The notes under the pieces were generated by a model, which had not been told where the DNA came from, ran no database searches, and was given only the letters and a program-made list of their open reading frames with translations. Below are positions 6,679 to 14,029 of a stretch of 14,228 bases of DNA, in pieces; within the stretch, counting starts at the first letter, position 1; every line of letters begins with the position of its first letter. The stretch lies in NCBI GenBank assembly GCA_044870765.1, contig JBIOZG010000050.1, positions 1 to 14,228 of the forward strand, given 5' to 3'. The translations under genes were made by a program, and so were the position numbers. This DNA comes from Nitrososphaeraceae archaeon (GTDB taxonomy: Archaea; Thermoproteota; Nitrososphaeria; Nitrososphaerales; Nitrososphaeraceae).

Positions 6679-7317
6679 TTAGTACATACGACCAGTTCGC
6701 ATGGCTATAGATTTGGCAGAGCCGACATCTCTATTTCTGCGACAATTTGGTACAATATTACGTGATGTGCCAAATTCATTAACAATTTCTATTCTAACTG
6801 TTCTGTTTAGATTCTTGACTTCTTGTGCAATGTGATTGCATTTAATCGAATCCCCATTCCCAATCTTGAGAACCTTTTTACTGGATTTTATACAAGAAAG
6901 AATATTTGTAATGAATTTTATCGCATCCTTCAAAGAGCTTTGGACAGTACTGTATAATTCTGTGTGTAAATATAGCACATAGATTCCAATCCTATTTCCA
7001 GGATCTACTCCTACAACTAAAACGTCCTCAAAATAGTTACCATTCAAATTTTTTAATAACATTGCCTTAAAAAGAGGTGGAAATGTGTCAAGTTGAAAAT
7101 CATATATTAGATCCTGTCTTGTAAATAACGATGCTTCATTCTTGGTAGTTATGATTATTTTTGCATTTGTCTTGGAAGCCTCTTCTGGGGAGAGGGAAGA
7201 AAAACTGATATTCATGGATTTAAGCATGCTGACGATTTTATAATATGGTCGACCTTCTAGGGTAGCTACTACAATCTGATTAGAGTCTTGTTTTGTCTCT
7301 AAGGGCTTCCCATTCAA
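6679..7317 (-). CDS. Two-domain protein with a C-terminal RNase H-like (YqgF/RuvX-like) domain
   Basis: 'VVGVDPGNRIGIYVL', 'KIGNG', 'IEIVNEFGTS' and 'RDVGSAKSIA' follow the YqgF motif order. The exact start is uncertain. Confidence 0.65.
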   Translation of the reverse strand: MNGKPLETKQDSNQIVVATLEGRPYYKIVSMLKSMNISFSSLSPEEASKTNAKIIITTKNEASLFTRQDLIYDFQLDTFPPLFKAMLLKNLNGNYFEDVLVVGVDPGNRIGIYVLYLHTELYSTVQSSLKDAIKFITNILSCIKSSKKVLKIGNGDSIKCNHIAQEVKNLNRTVRIEIVNEFGTSRNIVPNCRRNRDVGSAKSIAMRTGRMY

Positions 7318-7380
7318 AATACCCTGAGTTTTAATTATTATTAAATTTTTTGAGTACTGAATTCAAAAAAAATCCAGTTA

Positions 7381-7713
7381 CTAGATTTTGTCGCCTTTGT
7401 TTAGCACAGAGTCTACTACTAACTTTACAGATTTATCAAATGAAAGTTTTGTATTTTCTTTAAGTTTTGTCAAATTAATTTCCGCATCTTCCAAAATTTT
7501 CTGGGATTTCTCCTCTGCCTCCTTTTTGGCCGTAGCTATAATTTTTTCTGATTCAGTCCTTGCTACCTCTATTACCATTTCTCTGAGTTGGGAAATCTCT
7601 TTGTCAGAATTGGTCAAGATTCTCTTTTTCATATCTTGAACTTTCATTGACAAACTATCAATATCCTTTTCCAGCTCAGACAGTGCTGTAATAATTTTTT
7701 CTACAGCGGCCAT
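7381..7713 (-). CDS. Coiled-coil protein resembling A/V-type ATPase peripheral stalk subunit H/G
   Basis: 110 aa of E/K-rich helix including 'EVARTESEKIIATAKKEAEEKSQKILEDAE' and the C-terminal 'FDKSVKLVVDSVL'. ATG at 7713. Confidence 0.5.
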   Translation of the reverse strand: MAAVEKIITALSELEKDIDSLSMKVQDMKKRILTNSDKEISQLREMVIEVARTESEKIIATAKKEAEEKSQKILEDAEINLTKLKENTKLSFDKSVKLVVDSVLNKGDKI

Positions 7714-7787
7714 ATACACTATCAGAAAATCCTGCAACCATATATTAACTCTGCATTAACTGATGACAATTGCTTTTCCTCGCTGAT

Positions 7788-8123
7788 TCATGTTGTTAGA
7801 TTAAGTATTGCCTGTGCAATATCCCCTTTGGTATCAGTCAGGGCAAGTACCGCCTTCTCCCTTGAACTTGAAGATTGCTGCATAACAAGGATGATGTCTT
7901 CCTCACTGAAGGTTGGAACTTCTCTTTCTTTTTCTTCAATATCCCCCGCAATAATTTGAAAAATGGTGCTTTCTTTACCCTTCATTTCAATTACTTGTGG
8001 CTTGATTAAGAAAATCTCCTTCGAATCAGTTCTTATAACAACTTCTTCAATATTTGTCATTTCTTGCATATTGAGGCCCATCTTGTCCAACATCCGCCTC
8101 ATATCGCGATTTCCGCGCATCAT
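7788..8123 (-). CDS. nac: Nascent polypeptide-associated complex protein (aNAC)
   Basis: NAC domain 'MRRMLDKMGLNMQEMTNIEEVVIRT...KPQVIEM...FQI' and UBA domain 'EEDIILVMQQ...REKAVLALTDTKGDIAQAILNL'. Confidence 0.95.
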   Translation of the reverse strand: MMRGNRDMRRMLDKMGLNMQEMTNIEEVVIRTDSKEIFLIKPQVIEMKGKESTIFQIIAGDIEEKEREVPTFSEEDIILVMQQSSSSREKAVLALTDTKGDIAQAILNLTT

Positions 8124-8596
8124 AGATTTTGTTGCTCACCTCTACTTTTTATTCCTTCTCTAATTTTTACTGCCACATCTCCAATTCTGCCGTCTAATCG
8201 CGATTGACTAACAACCGATTTTCCTACCGCAAGTACGGTGTTGCTCTTATCTATAACCACCACTTCTGATCCAATATTGATATTTTTTCCGTACCATTGC
8301 ACATGTTTGCAGAATAGGGACCTACCCTCACTTACAAAAGGAAGGGCGTCCTCAATTGGAATGATACAGTTCTCTTTGAATGTGGTGTGGTTCAAAAAGA
8401 CAGAAGCACCAAAGATAGTAAGTGCTATTCCTCCGTCTGATCTTAAAGTACCTATAAGTTTGTCTTTAATTCCAAAACTCTTTATCCTTCCAGTTTTTCT
8501 AGAATATGTGAATTCAAGGTCCTTTGGTAAGACATTTGAAACGCCCTTACCAAAGAGTGCATCTATATGAAAAGATATTTTTTCGGTCGAATTCAT
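8120..8596 (-). CDS. Stand-alone PUA-domain protein (C-terminal region of archaeosine tRNA-guanine transglycosylase)
   Basis: 'YSRKTGRIK', 'GTLRSDGGIALTIFGA', 'FVSEGRSLFCKHV', 'IGSEVVVID...LAVGKS' and 'VAVKIREG'. ATGA overlap with nac. Confidence 0.85.
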   Translation of the reverse strand: MNSTEKISFHIDALFGKGVSNVLPKDLEFTYSRKTGRIKSFGIKDKLIGTLRSDGGIALTIFGASVFLNHTTFKENCIIPIEDALPFVSEGRSLFCKHVQWYGKNINIGSEVVVIDKSNTVLAVGKSVVSQSRLDGRIGDVAVKIREGIKSRGEQQNL

Positions 8597-8814
8597 GAAT
8601 TGGTTACCTGTATTTTGTTTCTGTATTTAAAACATAGCGGGAATTGTCGAAGATTTCATAAGCTCGAAATTCTAAAAAAGTGAGTCTATTGTTTTTGACA
8701 TATCATCGCTCTGATATTCTTCATTATAACTTTGGGCCTATCAATTGAAAAGTGAAGATTCATCCAATAAATTAGAAAAAAATAAACAAGATGCTCAAAC
8801 AACAGTACCTATCT

Positions 8815-9264
8815 ATGGCTTCTTGCGAAATATGCGGAATTCAGATACTCGAAAAGGCTGACAGAGTTTATGTTGAAGGCAACTTATTAACAGTGTGCAA
8901 ATCGTGTTCAAAAAGGGGCAAACCATCAAGTTACCAACAAAATATCCAAAAAACGGGCAAACCATCAAGTTACCAACAAAATATCCAAAAAATAGGTTTT
9001 CCCAGGCCAAAGAAAATAGTAAAGACTGAAAAAATCACATTTGATGATACTAGGATTTTGGTTAGCAATCTTTCTGAAGTCCTTCGAAAATCCAGAATGT
9101 CAAGGGGACTTACGCATGAACAGTTAGGACTTTCACTAAATGAAAGAGCATCATTGTTACGAAAAATAGAAAGTGGTTCAATAAAGCCTGATGAAGAACT
9201 AACCAAAAAACTAGAAAGGTTTTTTCGGATACCTTTGTATACTGAGGTAAACACCAATGATTAA
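8815..9264 (+). CDS. mbf1: Archaeal multiprotein bridging factor aMBF1 (Zn ribbon plus HTH)
   Basis: Zn ribbon 'CEICG...VEGNLLTVCKSCSKRG' and Cro-type HTH 'LRKSRMSRGLTHEQLGLSLNERASLLRKIESGSIKPD..KKLERFF'. ATG 8815 is preferred over 8791. Confidence 0.93.
   Translation: MASCEICGIQILEKADRVYVEGNLLTVCKSCSKRGKPSSYQQNIQKTGKPSSYQQNIQKIGFPRPKKIVKTEKITFDDTRILVSNLSEVLRKSRMSRGLTHEQLGLSLNERASLLRKIESGSIKPDEELTKKLERFFRIPLYTEVNTND
8916..8992 (+). repeat. 39-bp-period in-frame tandem duplication inside mbf1
   Basis: GGGCAAACCATCAAGTTACCAACAAAATATCCAAAAAA (38 nt) is identical at 8916-8953 and 8955-8992, encoding GKPSSYQQNIQK twice. Confidence 0.97.
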
Positions 9265-10351
9265 ATCTGCGTTACTTATTACTTATCCAATTAGACACAT
9301 TGCAGATGAAGCCAGGTCATTGGCAGAATCTGCGGGTTATTCGGTAATACGTAATGTAACTCAGAAGCATTTAACAAGATCCAAATTTGGTATCGGTAAG
9401 GGAAAGGCAGATGATGTTAGTCAACTCATCAAGTCATTGGATATTGAGTTTGTAGTATTTGATGAAGTTTTGAAACCATCACAGCAATATAATCTGGCGA
9501 AACTGTGTGAGACTGACATTATTGATAGAGAGAAACTAATACTTGAAATCTTTAGATTGAGATCAAATACAGAAGAATCCAGGATACAAATCAAACTTGC
9601 CGAATTACATTATGAAGCAGTAAGAATTAAAGAGAAGGTGAGACTCTCAAAGCGCGGAGAACAACCAGGCTTTTTTGGATTGGGAAAATATGATGCAGAT
9701 GTCCATTTATTGGATATAAAGAGAAGAATATCCATTCTAAGAAAAAAACTCCTGCGAGAAGAAAAAAGAAAGCTTTTACAAAGGACTAGCAGGGCAAGAT
9801 CCGGTTTTCCAACTGTATCCATAATAGGATATACCTCAGTTGGTAAAACAACTCTGTTTAATCTTTTGACAGGAGAATCAAAATTGGTGGGTATTGAATT
9901 GTTTACAACTCTTTCAACATCGAGCAGGGTTGTGAATATAGACGGAAATAAAATAATGTTTTCAGATACGGTGGGATTCATAAGCAAACTTCCTGCGTAC
10001 ATGATAGACGCCTTTAAATCGACTCTTCAAGAATTAATCTTTTCAAATGTCATCTTGCTAATATTAGACATCAGTCAGAGTTATGAAATGATTAAAAAAC
10101 AGCTCTCTAGTAGTTTTACTGTCTTGATCCACTTGGGAGTATCAATCGGAAAGATAATCTATGCACTCAATAAGTTGGACCTGGTAAATCCTGAAGAGGC
10201 TATGGAAAAGTGCAAGCATCTGGGAATATTTAATGAAGATAACAACAAAGTCGTAATGATATCCTCAAAGACTGGGTTAAACATTGATGCTCTCCTGAAT
10301 ACTATCTGCTCCAAGATCTTTGTGGATACAATGAAGGTAGACAATAATTAA
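9257..10351 (+). CDS. hflX: Ribosome-associated GTPase HflX
   Basis: N-domain 'IGKGKAD', 'IDREKLILEIF', 'QIKLAEL'; G1 GYTSVGKTT, G2 LFTTL, G3 DTVGFI, G4 NKLD, G5 SSK. Confidence 0.95.
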   Translation: MIKSALLITYPIRHIADEARSLAESAGYSVIRNVTQKHLTRSKFGIGKGKADDVSQLIKSLDIEFVVFDEVLKPSQQYNLAKLCETDIIDREKLILEIFRLRSNTEESRIQIKLAELHYEAVRIKEKVRLSKRGEQPGFFGLGKYDADVHLLDIKRRISILRKKLLREEKRKLLQRTSRARSGFPTVSIIGYTSVGKTTLFNLLTGESKLVGIELFTTLSTSSRVVNIDGNKIMFSDTVGFISKLPAYMIDAFKSTLQELIFSNVILLILDISQSYEMIKKQLSSSFTVLIHLGVSIGKIIYALNKLDLVNPEEAMEKCKHLGIFNEDNNKVVMISSKTGLNIDALLNTICSKIFVDTMKVDNN

Positions 10352-10896
10352 TGTCCATTGCCGTCCTACGTTTGGGCCACAGGCTTGTAAGGGATGATCG
10401 CACCACTACTCATGTTGCCTTGGTGTCAAGAGCTTTTGGTTGTAAGAAGATATTCATGAGTGACGTGGATGATTCCATACTTGAGACCATGAAAAAAGTT
10501 TGTGCTGATTGGGGTGGTTCCAATGAATTTGATATTGAAATTATTCCGAATTGGAAATCAGTCATAAATTCTTGGAAAAAGAATAAGGGAATCGTTATAC
10601 ATTTAACAATGTATGGCGTAAACATAGAAAACTTATCGCTTGATTTCGGATACAATAAAAATATACTGGTTGTCATTGGAGCAAGCAAAGTTCCGAAGGA
10701 AGTTTACTCCTTGGCCGACATGAATATTGCTGTTGGAAATCAGCCACATTCAGAAATTGCAGCACTGGCAATTTTTTTGGATAGATTCTTTCAAGGAAAG
10801 GAGTTAATCTCTTCATTCCAGAACGCAAAAATGTCGATTATTCCATCCTCCCATGGCAAAACAGTTAAAATAAGAAAGCCAAAAAACTCAAGTTAA
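10351..10896 (+). CDS. trm56: tRNA (cytidine(56)-2'-O)-methyltransferase aTrm56
   Basis: 'VLRLGHRLVRDDRTTTHVALVSRAFG', 'HLTMYG', 'VVIGASKVP', 'VGNQPHSEIAALAIFLDR'. TAATG overlap with hflX. Confidence 0.95.
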   Translation: MSIAVLRLGHRLVRDDRTTTHVALVSRAFGCKKIFMSDVDDSILETMKKVCADWGGSNEFDIEIIPNWKSVINSWKKNKGIVIHLTMYGVNIENLSLDFGYNKNILVVIGASKVPKEVYSLADMNIAVGNQPHSEIAALAIFLDRFFQGKELISSFQNAKMSIIPSSHGKTVKIRKPKNSS

Positions 10897-10953
10897 GTCC
10901 TGTCCATTTTACTTCAATTACATAAAATGAAGATCAATGGACTGAATATTTGT

Positions 10954-11075
10954 GCGGGGGTTGCCAAGCTTGGTCAAAGGCGTGAGATCAAATCTGACAC
11001 GACGCTCAGATGAACTGATCCTGCTGGGAAACCTCATCCCGTAGGGGTTCGTGGGTTCAAATCCCACCCCCCGCA
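10954..11075 (+). tRNA. tRNA-Leu(CAG) with two introns (30/31 at 10987-11003; 37/38 at 11011-11030)
   Basis: GCGGGGG-TT-GCCAAGCTTGGTCAAAGGC-G-TGAG[17 nt]G-CT-CAG-A[20 nt]A-CCTCA-TCCCGTAGGGGTTC-GTGGG-TTCAAAT-CCCAC-CCCCCGC-A. The long variable arm and A73 fit Leu. The anticodon call depends on the splice model. Confidence 0.85.
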
Positions 11076-11343
11076 TTAAACCTCAAATAGAAGTATCCAA
11101 TCCGCGTCATCCATTTCCATACCACTCAGCGTTTTCTAGTATCAGCACGATTTGATTGGGAATTACTCGAATCAATTGGAATCTATCAAAACCATGACTA
11201 GAATTAAACCTTCATAAATTTGATCCACGATGACTACACTCTTATTTTTACCGACTTTATTGAGATGGCATAAACTTGATTGAATTTTTATTTATTTTGA
11301 GTTACAGACAGAGATATATTTCCCCAAGATTCAATTTGCTATT

Positions 11344-11461
11344 AGCGGGGTGGGGAAGCCAGATATCACAGGCTAAGTTATCCCGGCGGGCTCATAACCC
11401 GCAGAGCGGTTTCCATTAGAGTAAACCTTGATGGCCGTAAGTTCAAATCAACCCCCCGCTA
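11344..11461 (+). tRNA. Initiator tRNA-Met(CAU) with two non-canonical introns (18/19 at 11363-11376; 52/53 at 11412-11440)
   Basis: AGCGGGG-TG-GGGAAGCCAG[14 nt]GTTATCCC-G-GCGGG-CT-CAT-AA-CCCGC-AGAGC-GGTT[29 nt]G-TTCAAAT-CAACC-CCCCGCT-A. A1-U72 and three consecutive G-C pairs in the anticodon stem mark it as the initiator. Confidence 0.92.
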
Positions 11462-11505
11462 CATTTTTTAGTATTCTCAATATTGGTGGTAATCTAGTGA
11501 ATCTT

Positions 11506-12843
11506 TCAAAAAGATTTTAACCATTCTGAGTTGAGAGGCTTGAAAATTTTTGGAAGATATGGATAAGTCTTCTCCATTCCAAATCTATGTAATGGTTTTG
11601 TCAAGTGTCGATGGGCTTTTAGGTTTGGTAGATATGTCCCACTTTGTAGATCTCTTGAGTTAGTAACAACTACTTTCGAACTACTTTTATCTCCACAAAT
11701 TTTGCATTGAAATCCTTTATTTTTCCCCTCCGATTTCATTCTTTTTCTACACTTATTGCATAATGGATTGATATTGGTTACTTCATCGACTATATTTAGG
11801 ATTGAAAGATATTCCACATTGAGTACGTTAGAGCCGTTGGAATTCCCTTTACTAACTGAAATACCAATGTCTATATGATCTCCTTCTATCAATTTAGAAG
11901 CAAGTTTTCCAAGACCTGTAGGTTCGTACACAGCGACCTGATATTTATTGTTACTAAAGTTTGATACCTCAAAAAAGACATGTCCTCCACGAATAATTGT
12001 TGGTCTTTTGGTAACAAAGCATCTTATATATCCTGAATTATGGGTTCTAAGTTTTTTTATGGATAAATCATTTTGAAGATGCATATTTGTACCCTGGTTT
12101 GTCCTAAAAACCATGTATCCATCAAGTCTTTCAAGGGGCAGAATATACTCTAGTGCTCTTATAACAGTAAAAGGGTCTTCTCCTCTAATCCCACAAAAGA
12201 CAGGGTCCGGACCGTGTGGAGTAACTAGCACTCTGTCATGGATACTATCATAGCTGTTAAAGGTAAATGGATAAGTGTCGGTGTGTATCTTCAATACCTT
12301 TGATCTGTCAATTTCTCTAGGAGATCCACAAAACTGTTCTTTCCTGTAAGCAATTGCCTCGTACGTATGATCACATTCCAGTAAAGACCCAATTGATGCA
12401 ACTGCACCGATGATCCCCAATCCCTCACCAAACTTGAAAGTTTGTAAAGAAAGCTGTGAAGCTAAATTCTCAGTCTCTTTGATATCAATGATATCATACA
12501 TTGTTCTGCTACTGAACTTCCTCAAAGCAAGTGGTATGTCTTCCCCCTCAAATATTGCTACTCCTGGATTGGCACCATTGGACAAATCAGATTCTCTTCT
12601 CACTGTGTCTAGCAAATATTCGATTATCTGCTCAGGCTGCTCCGATTTGACCCTAAGGCAAACGGCTGCATTGCCCCTAGTTTTCCAAGGTATATTTGGA
12701 TTCAATCTCACAAGCAGTGGGTAATCGATAAAAATAGAATCCATCTCATTTTTCAGTTTGCAAGTTATCTTATAGGCTAAATTTGTAGTACATTTTCCTC
12801 TTTGCGAATCAGTATCATCAAATCCAATATGAACAACTTTCAT
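11506..12843 (-). CDS. tiaS: tRNA(Ile2) 2-agmatinylcytidine synthetase
   Basis: 'HIGFDDTDS...CTT', 'LVRLNPNIPWKTRGN', 'TPHGPDPVFCGIRG', 'TNQGT', OB-fold 'GGHVFF' and a C-terminal Zn ribbon 'CNKC...FQCKIC'. ATG 12843 is preferred; 12867 and 12894 are possible. Confidence 0.95.
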   Translation of the reverse strand: MKVVHIGFDDTDSQRGKCTTNLAYKITCKLKNEMDSIFIDYPLLVRLNPNIPWKTRGNAAVCLRVKSEQPEQIIEYLLDTVRRESDLSNGANPGVAIFEGEDIPLALRKFSSRTMYDIIDIKETENLASQLSLQTFKFGEGLGIIGAVASIGSLLECDHTYEAIAYRKEQFCGSPREIDRSKVLKIHTDTYPFTFNSYDSIHDRVLVTPHGPDPVFCGIRGEDPFTVIRALEYILPLERLDGYMVFRTNQGTNMHLQNDLSIKKLRTHNSGYIRCFVTKRPTIIRGGHVFFEVSNFSNNKYQVAVYEPTGLGKLASKLIEGDHIDIGISVSKGNSNGSNVLNVEYLSILNIVDEVTNINPLCNKCRKRMKSEGKNKGFQCKICGDKSSSKVVVTNSRDLQSGTYLPNLKAHRHLTKPLHRFGMEKTYPYLPKIFKPLNSEWLKSF

Positions 12844-13057
12844 ATCCTTAGAAGCTAAATTAAACATGTAATTGAGACATACAGGTTCATGCAAGCGATA
12901 TTAATTTTGTTACAAAAGCCCAGTTTCATCTTATATGTGCATAATCCTCGAGAAAAATCTCATCAATTAGTGCTCTCTAAAAGGTGAAATAAGATTATCA
13001 AAAACAAATAAAAAACTTGACATCGCACTTTGTTACGTAACTGTTGATAATTGAATC

Positions 13058-13948
13058 ATGAAAACTATGCCTTTTATTGTTGGTTATAGTTTGATTATTG
13101 TATTTTCATTGTACTTTTCTGAATTTGAACTTCCCACATTATATCCAATGACATCTTATGCACTTGCATCAAACCAAAATCAGGTAGGATACGACAAATT
13201 TGGTACGAGGGAAATTTATCCAACAAAAGAGGATGGTAGAGAGTGGTATGTAAATATGAACAATCCAATGGACGATGAGAATTTTTCGATTACCTTTGGC
13301 CCAAATATTACGAGTCAAGAAGATGGTTCGTGGAGAATTTCTGCTCCAGTAGTTAGGATGAATGTAAAGACAATGGAAGGCGAAACAAATTGGAAGAATG
13401 TGGAAATGACAGGCTATGCAAAGATCCACTCTGTAATTCAAAATAGCAGCAACAAAGTAATAGAAAATGATCTAACCTGGTATGCCCGAGGCGGTAAACA
13501 TAATCAAGAAATTCCGTGTGAAGCAACGGCCTATATGGGAGGACTCTATGACACTGGTAAAGTAGGCTGGAAAAAAGAATTATGGTTCGTCGGGGGATAT
13601 ACAGACGAAAGACATGCTAACAAAGTTACTACACCTCTTATGGATAGGTGGATTGGATGGAAGGCAGTGATGTATAATATTAATAATAACTCCGAGGTAA
13701 AATTGGAATCATATCTTGATAATACAAATTCCAATTATTGGGTCAAGGTCACCGATCTTGTTGATGATGGCGGCTGGTACGCAAAAATGCCTGATTCAGA
13801 TTTTTTTGGTGCTGAATGTTCCAAAGACAAGGACTTTATTATTACAAACTCGGGGTCAACGGCAACATTCAGATCGGATAATCTGATTTGGGATTTTAAA
13901 AATTTGAGCGTTAGGGAAATTGAGCCATTTAAATCCTCCTACCACTGA
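13058..13948 (+). CDS. Secreted or membrane-anchored Trp-rich beta-strand protein (possibly carbohydrate-binding or polysaccharide-lyase-like)
   Basis: Hydrophobic N-terminus followed by 'DKFGTREIYPTK..GREW', 'WKNVEMTGY', 'ARGGKH', 'KKELW', 'WIGWKAVMYN', 'DDGGW', 'FRSDN', 'LSVREI'. The function is inferred only. Confidence 0.65.
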   Translation: MKTMPFIVGYSLIIVFSLYFSEFELPTLYPMTSYALASNQNQVGYDKFGTREIYPTKEDGREWYVNMNNPMDDENFSITFGPNITSQEDGSWRISAPVVRMNVKTMEGETNWKNVEMTGYAKIHSVIQNSSNKVIENDLTWYARGGKHNQEIPCEATAYMGGLYDTGKVGWKKELWFVGGYTDERHANKVTTPLMDRWIGWKAVMYNINNNSEVKLESYLDNTNSNYWVKVTDLVDDGGWYAKMPDSDFFGAECSKDKDFIITNSGSTATFRSDNLIWDFKNLSVREIEPFKSSYH

Positions 13949-14029
13949 CAATTGAATATTATCTATTCCTTATTTTCATAAGTAGACTCCTGATTATTAT
14001 GTCAAAATGCGTGTAATTAGAATCATTTA

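Noticed and set aside
8916-8992. 38-nt direct repeat as a mini-CRISPR or att site
   Set aside because: The copies are separated by 1 nt, with no spacer, and lie in frame inside mbf1.
9827-9853. HflX G1 motif GYTSVGKTT differs from the common GYTNAGKST
   Set aside because: It still fits GxxxxGK[ST] and G2-G5 are intact, so it is ordinary divergence.
10983-10999. Reading the tRNA at 10954 without the first intron (loop TC-AAA-TC)
   Set aside because: This gives no U33 and no pairing anticodon stem. The two-intron model restores TGAGG/CCTCA and a Leu anticodon matching the Leu-type body.
11076-11343. Possible gene or element between tRNA-Leu and tRNA-iMet
   Set aside because: I found only short stop-interrupted frames, no duplicated tRNA 3' end and no convincing structure. 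It is treated as spacer plus promoter.
1853-13734. Short overlapping ORFs in the track (e.g. 1853-2077, 2534-2722, 3043-3255, 4108-4293, 4645-4827, 5443-5631, 5982-6266, 7388-7639, 7963-8163, 8238-8570, 8813-9010, 8970-9257, 9610-10002, 10159-10344, 10410-10688, 12410-12724, 13169-13441, 13546-13734)
   Set aside because: They are antisense or out-of-frame shadows of better-supported genes and show no recognisable motifs.
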